Source: Candidatus Omnitrophota bacterium
Lineage (GTDB): Bacteria; Omnitrophota; Omnitrophia; Omnitrophales; Aquincolibacteriaceae
Direction: 5' to 3'
Assembly (NCBI GenBank): GCA_030698625.1
Contig: JAUYMS010000021.1
Span: 6,227-70,226 of the forward strand
Length of the DNA: 64,000 nucleotides
The DNA itself: not shown here
How positions within the stretch are numbered: position 1 is the stretch's first letter
Content: more model-generated notes on this DNA
Seen by the model: the letters and a program-made list of their open reading frames with translations, nothing else
Told to the model about the DNA's origin: nothing
Database searches by the model: none

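Overview
This is a bacterial chromosomal segment of roughly 55-60% GC (judged by eye). Positions 1 to about 34.7 kb are ordinary, mostly recognisable genes. They include a CHASE2 adenylate cyclase / STAS / histidine kinase / GAF-PP2C signalling cluster, glgC, an LptF/G permease, comF, rpsU, a MEMO/AMMECR1 pair, hisS-aspS, phoH-7TM-HD-ybeY, a TMTC-like TPR membrane protein, recO, a dapL-like aminotransferase, folK-panC-panD plus an aspartate dehydrogenase, uvrA, cutA, an XRE-cupin regulator and comEA. Two copies of a MITE-like inverted-repeat element sit in convergent intergenic gaps. I found no rRNA, tRNA or CRISPR.

The main result is a single + strand reading frame (frame with pos mod 3 = 2) that opens at ATG 34769 and is still open at the last base of the window. 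That is at least 29,232 nt and at least 9,744 codons, and the gene is still incomplete. The supplied ORF track misses it because it only lists stop-terminated ORFs. Everything it lists between 34.8 and 64 kb is short off-frame or antisense shadow. The predicted protein has these parts in order: a signal-peptide-like N-terminus, an embedded dehydroquinate-synthase-like (sugar phosphate cyclase) domain, two tandem paralogous modules of about 1,100 aa each, a Macro (ADP-ribose) domain followed by a transmembrane helix, and a tandem duplication of about 190 aa.

Most strikingly, the pentapeptide RSELR recurs at least 11 times, encoded by different codons each time. It sits at cassette boundaries, bracketing the DHQS-like cassette, the Macro-containing segment and the paralogous modules. 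This suggests polyprotein-like punctuation. The protein does not resemble NRPS/PKS or repeat adhesins. A giant-gene lineage such as Omnitrophota is possible, but that is speculation. All coordinates come from hand reading, so domain borders are approximate.
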